Source: Obrimoposthia wandeli
Lineage: Eukaryota
DNA: 64,000 bases
Assembly (NCBI GenBank): GCA_977020255.1
Contig: CDROCS010006174.1
Coordinates: forward strand, 1 to 64,000
Direction: 5' to 3'
The notes below the pieces were generated by a model, which made no database searches, was not told the DNA's origin, and saw only the letters and a list, made by a program, of their open reading frames with translations. Every line of letters starts with the position of its first letter. Within the stretch, counting starts at the first letter, position 1. The position numbers were made by a program, and so were the translations under genes. Below, piece by piece: positions 62,971-64,000 of the stretch.

Positions 62971-63001
62971 AAAAGCCCGTTACGAAAGTGACGGGCTTTT
63001 T
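62971..63001 (+). terminator. rrn terminator T1
   Basis: AAAAGCCCGTTAC-GAAA-GTGACGGGCTTTTT. Confidence 0.9.
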
Positions 63002-63133
63002 GCTGTCTGTTGTATTAAAAAATACAGCAAAGGTAGCTATCAGTTTTGAGCTATCCGCTATCATTTTGAGGCATGAGAGACTTGCCGCTGACAGCTTTGA
63101 ACTTAAAAGTTTTCGTTTAGACTCAATTTATAG

Positions 63134-63162
63134 AAACCCATAGCTGATGCTAGGGGTTTTTT
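63134..63162 (+). terminator. rrn terminator T2
   Basis: AAACCCATAGC-TGAT-GCTAGGGGTTTTTT. Confidence 0.7.
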
Positions 63163-63646
63163 GCTTTCTGGCGTTTAAGAAACCACGTGCTTCATTGAAA
63201 GATTACTGACGTCGGTAATACAGCTTATGTGATTTAAATCATGCGAGATCAGGGCTTAACCCATTGCTATACATGTTCGTTCGAATATTTTAGCTAATAC
63301 TATGAGAGGTAGATCTGATAATTGATGTGGTGGTATCACTTATAAAAATATTATCGTCTTAACAAATATTTCAAAAAATTACTATGATGACACCTGATCG
63401 AGAGTGTATGTCACTAGTTTTTTGTATACGGCTACTATTCCACTTATGTTGTTCTTATTACATCCATATGCCGTATGTAATGAGAACAGTGAATATCTAA
63501 AAATGTTATCTATCTGATGTGTACTATAACTTGACTGCTATTTTTATTAAATACAACTGTGTGGTATTTGTATTGGTGAAAGGGTAGTAATAAAACGGAA
63601 CAAGATTAATATTCGTACTTGCTTGTTTAAATGATCTATTCAGGTG

Positions 63647-64000
63647 TTATAAAACTTTGTTTTTATTTGCTAAGTAGTTATTCGCTATGTAAACAAAATC
63701 ATTAATCGAACTATTCAAATTGCTAGCAGCAATAAAAAGATGTGCACCAAGAGCTTGGTGAAGTACCTCACTATGATGTAGAAAAGCGGCTAATGGACCT
63801 TTAATTATTTCGCCACTCTTTAAAACATAAGGTTCAAAATTTAAAATACCTTGTTCGAATGTCAGTAATTGGTGCTTAATACAGTATTGAATTAATGGCT
63901 TTTGTTCGTGGATCATGCGATTTGCTAAGCGCAGAGATATATTGTTGGCAAGAGCTTCTATAGAATTTAACTTAATACCAACGTAGTTGAGCTCTTCACG
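63647..64000 (-). CDS. C-terminal part of an unidentified gene running off the right edge
   Basis: Frame is open from 64000 (REELNYVGIKLNSIEALANNISLRLANRMIHEQ...) to the stop at 63647; the ORF track start at 63916 is internal. Confidence 0.6.
   Translation of the reverse strand, partial: REELNYVGIKLNSIEALANNISLRLANRMIHEQKPLIQYCIKHQLLTFEQGILNFEPYVLKSGEIIKGPLAAFLHHSEVLHQALGAHLFIAASNLNSSINDFVYIANNYLANKNKVL

Overview
Mostly core chromosome of a marine gammaproteobacterium, most likely Colwellia/Colwelliaceae (inferred from the 16S V1 stretch GAGATAGCTTGC...ATCTGCTGACG and the gene content). Left to right: (1) 1-1480, an AT-rich decayed prophage immunity region with a hidden S24/CI repressor fragment and coupled downstream ORFs; (2) a LigE-like GST, dusA, a sigma54/PspF-type promoter driving an unannotated 32-aa peptide, a sulfurtransferase, and a non-canonical psp operon without pspB/pspF; (3) a PCuAC-DUF2333-beta-barrel operon; (4) a 1288-aa GlyGly-CTERM S8 protease bracketed by two copies of a MITE, then an IS4/IS10-like element nested in a second MITE; (5) hslO/hslR, a complete gspC-N type II secretion cluster, yrfG-nudE-cysQ and YceI; (6) the yheU/yheT/yheS/yheV/slyX/fkpA block with inserted genes (FNR-type-promoter DUF3149 mini-protein, acyltransferase/LytTR pair, Sel1, PAS-GGDEF-EAL, WD40); (7) a third MITE and a candidate ~105-nt (AAN)n sRNA upstream of hemE; (8) sthA, a FabR-controlled desaturase, fabR, trmA, a membrane-anchored RRM protein; (9) an rrn operon with an unusual Ala(GGC)-Ile(GAT) spacer. 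The rRNA genes and the IS carry many indels while single-copy genes are intact, which suggests assembly error in multicopy repeats. The best novelty candidates are the AAN-repeat sRNA, the PspF/sigma54-driven micro-protein with the atypical psp operon, and the gene cassette downstream of the phage repressor fragment. No database searches were run; family names come from recognised motifs.
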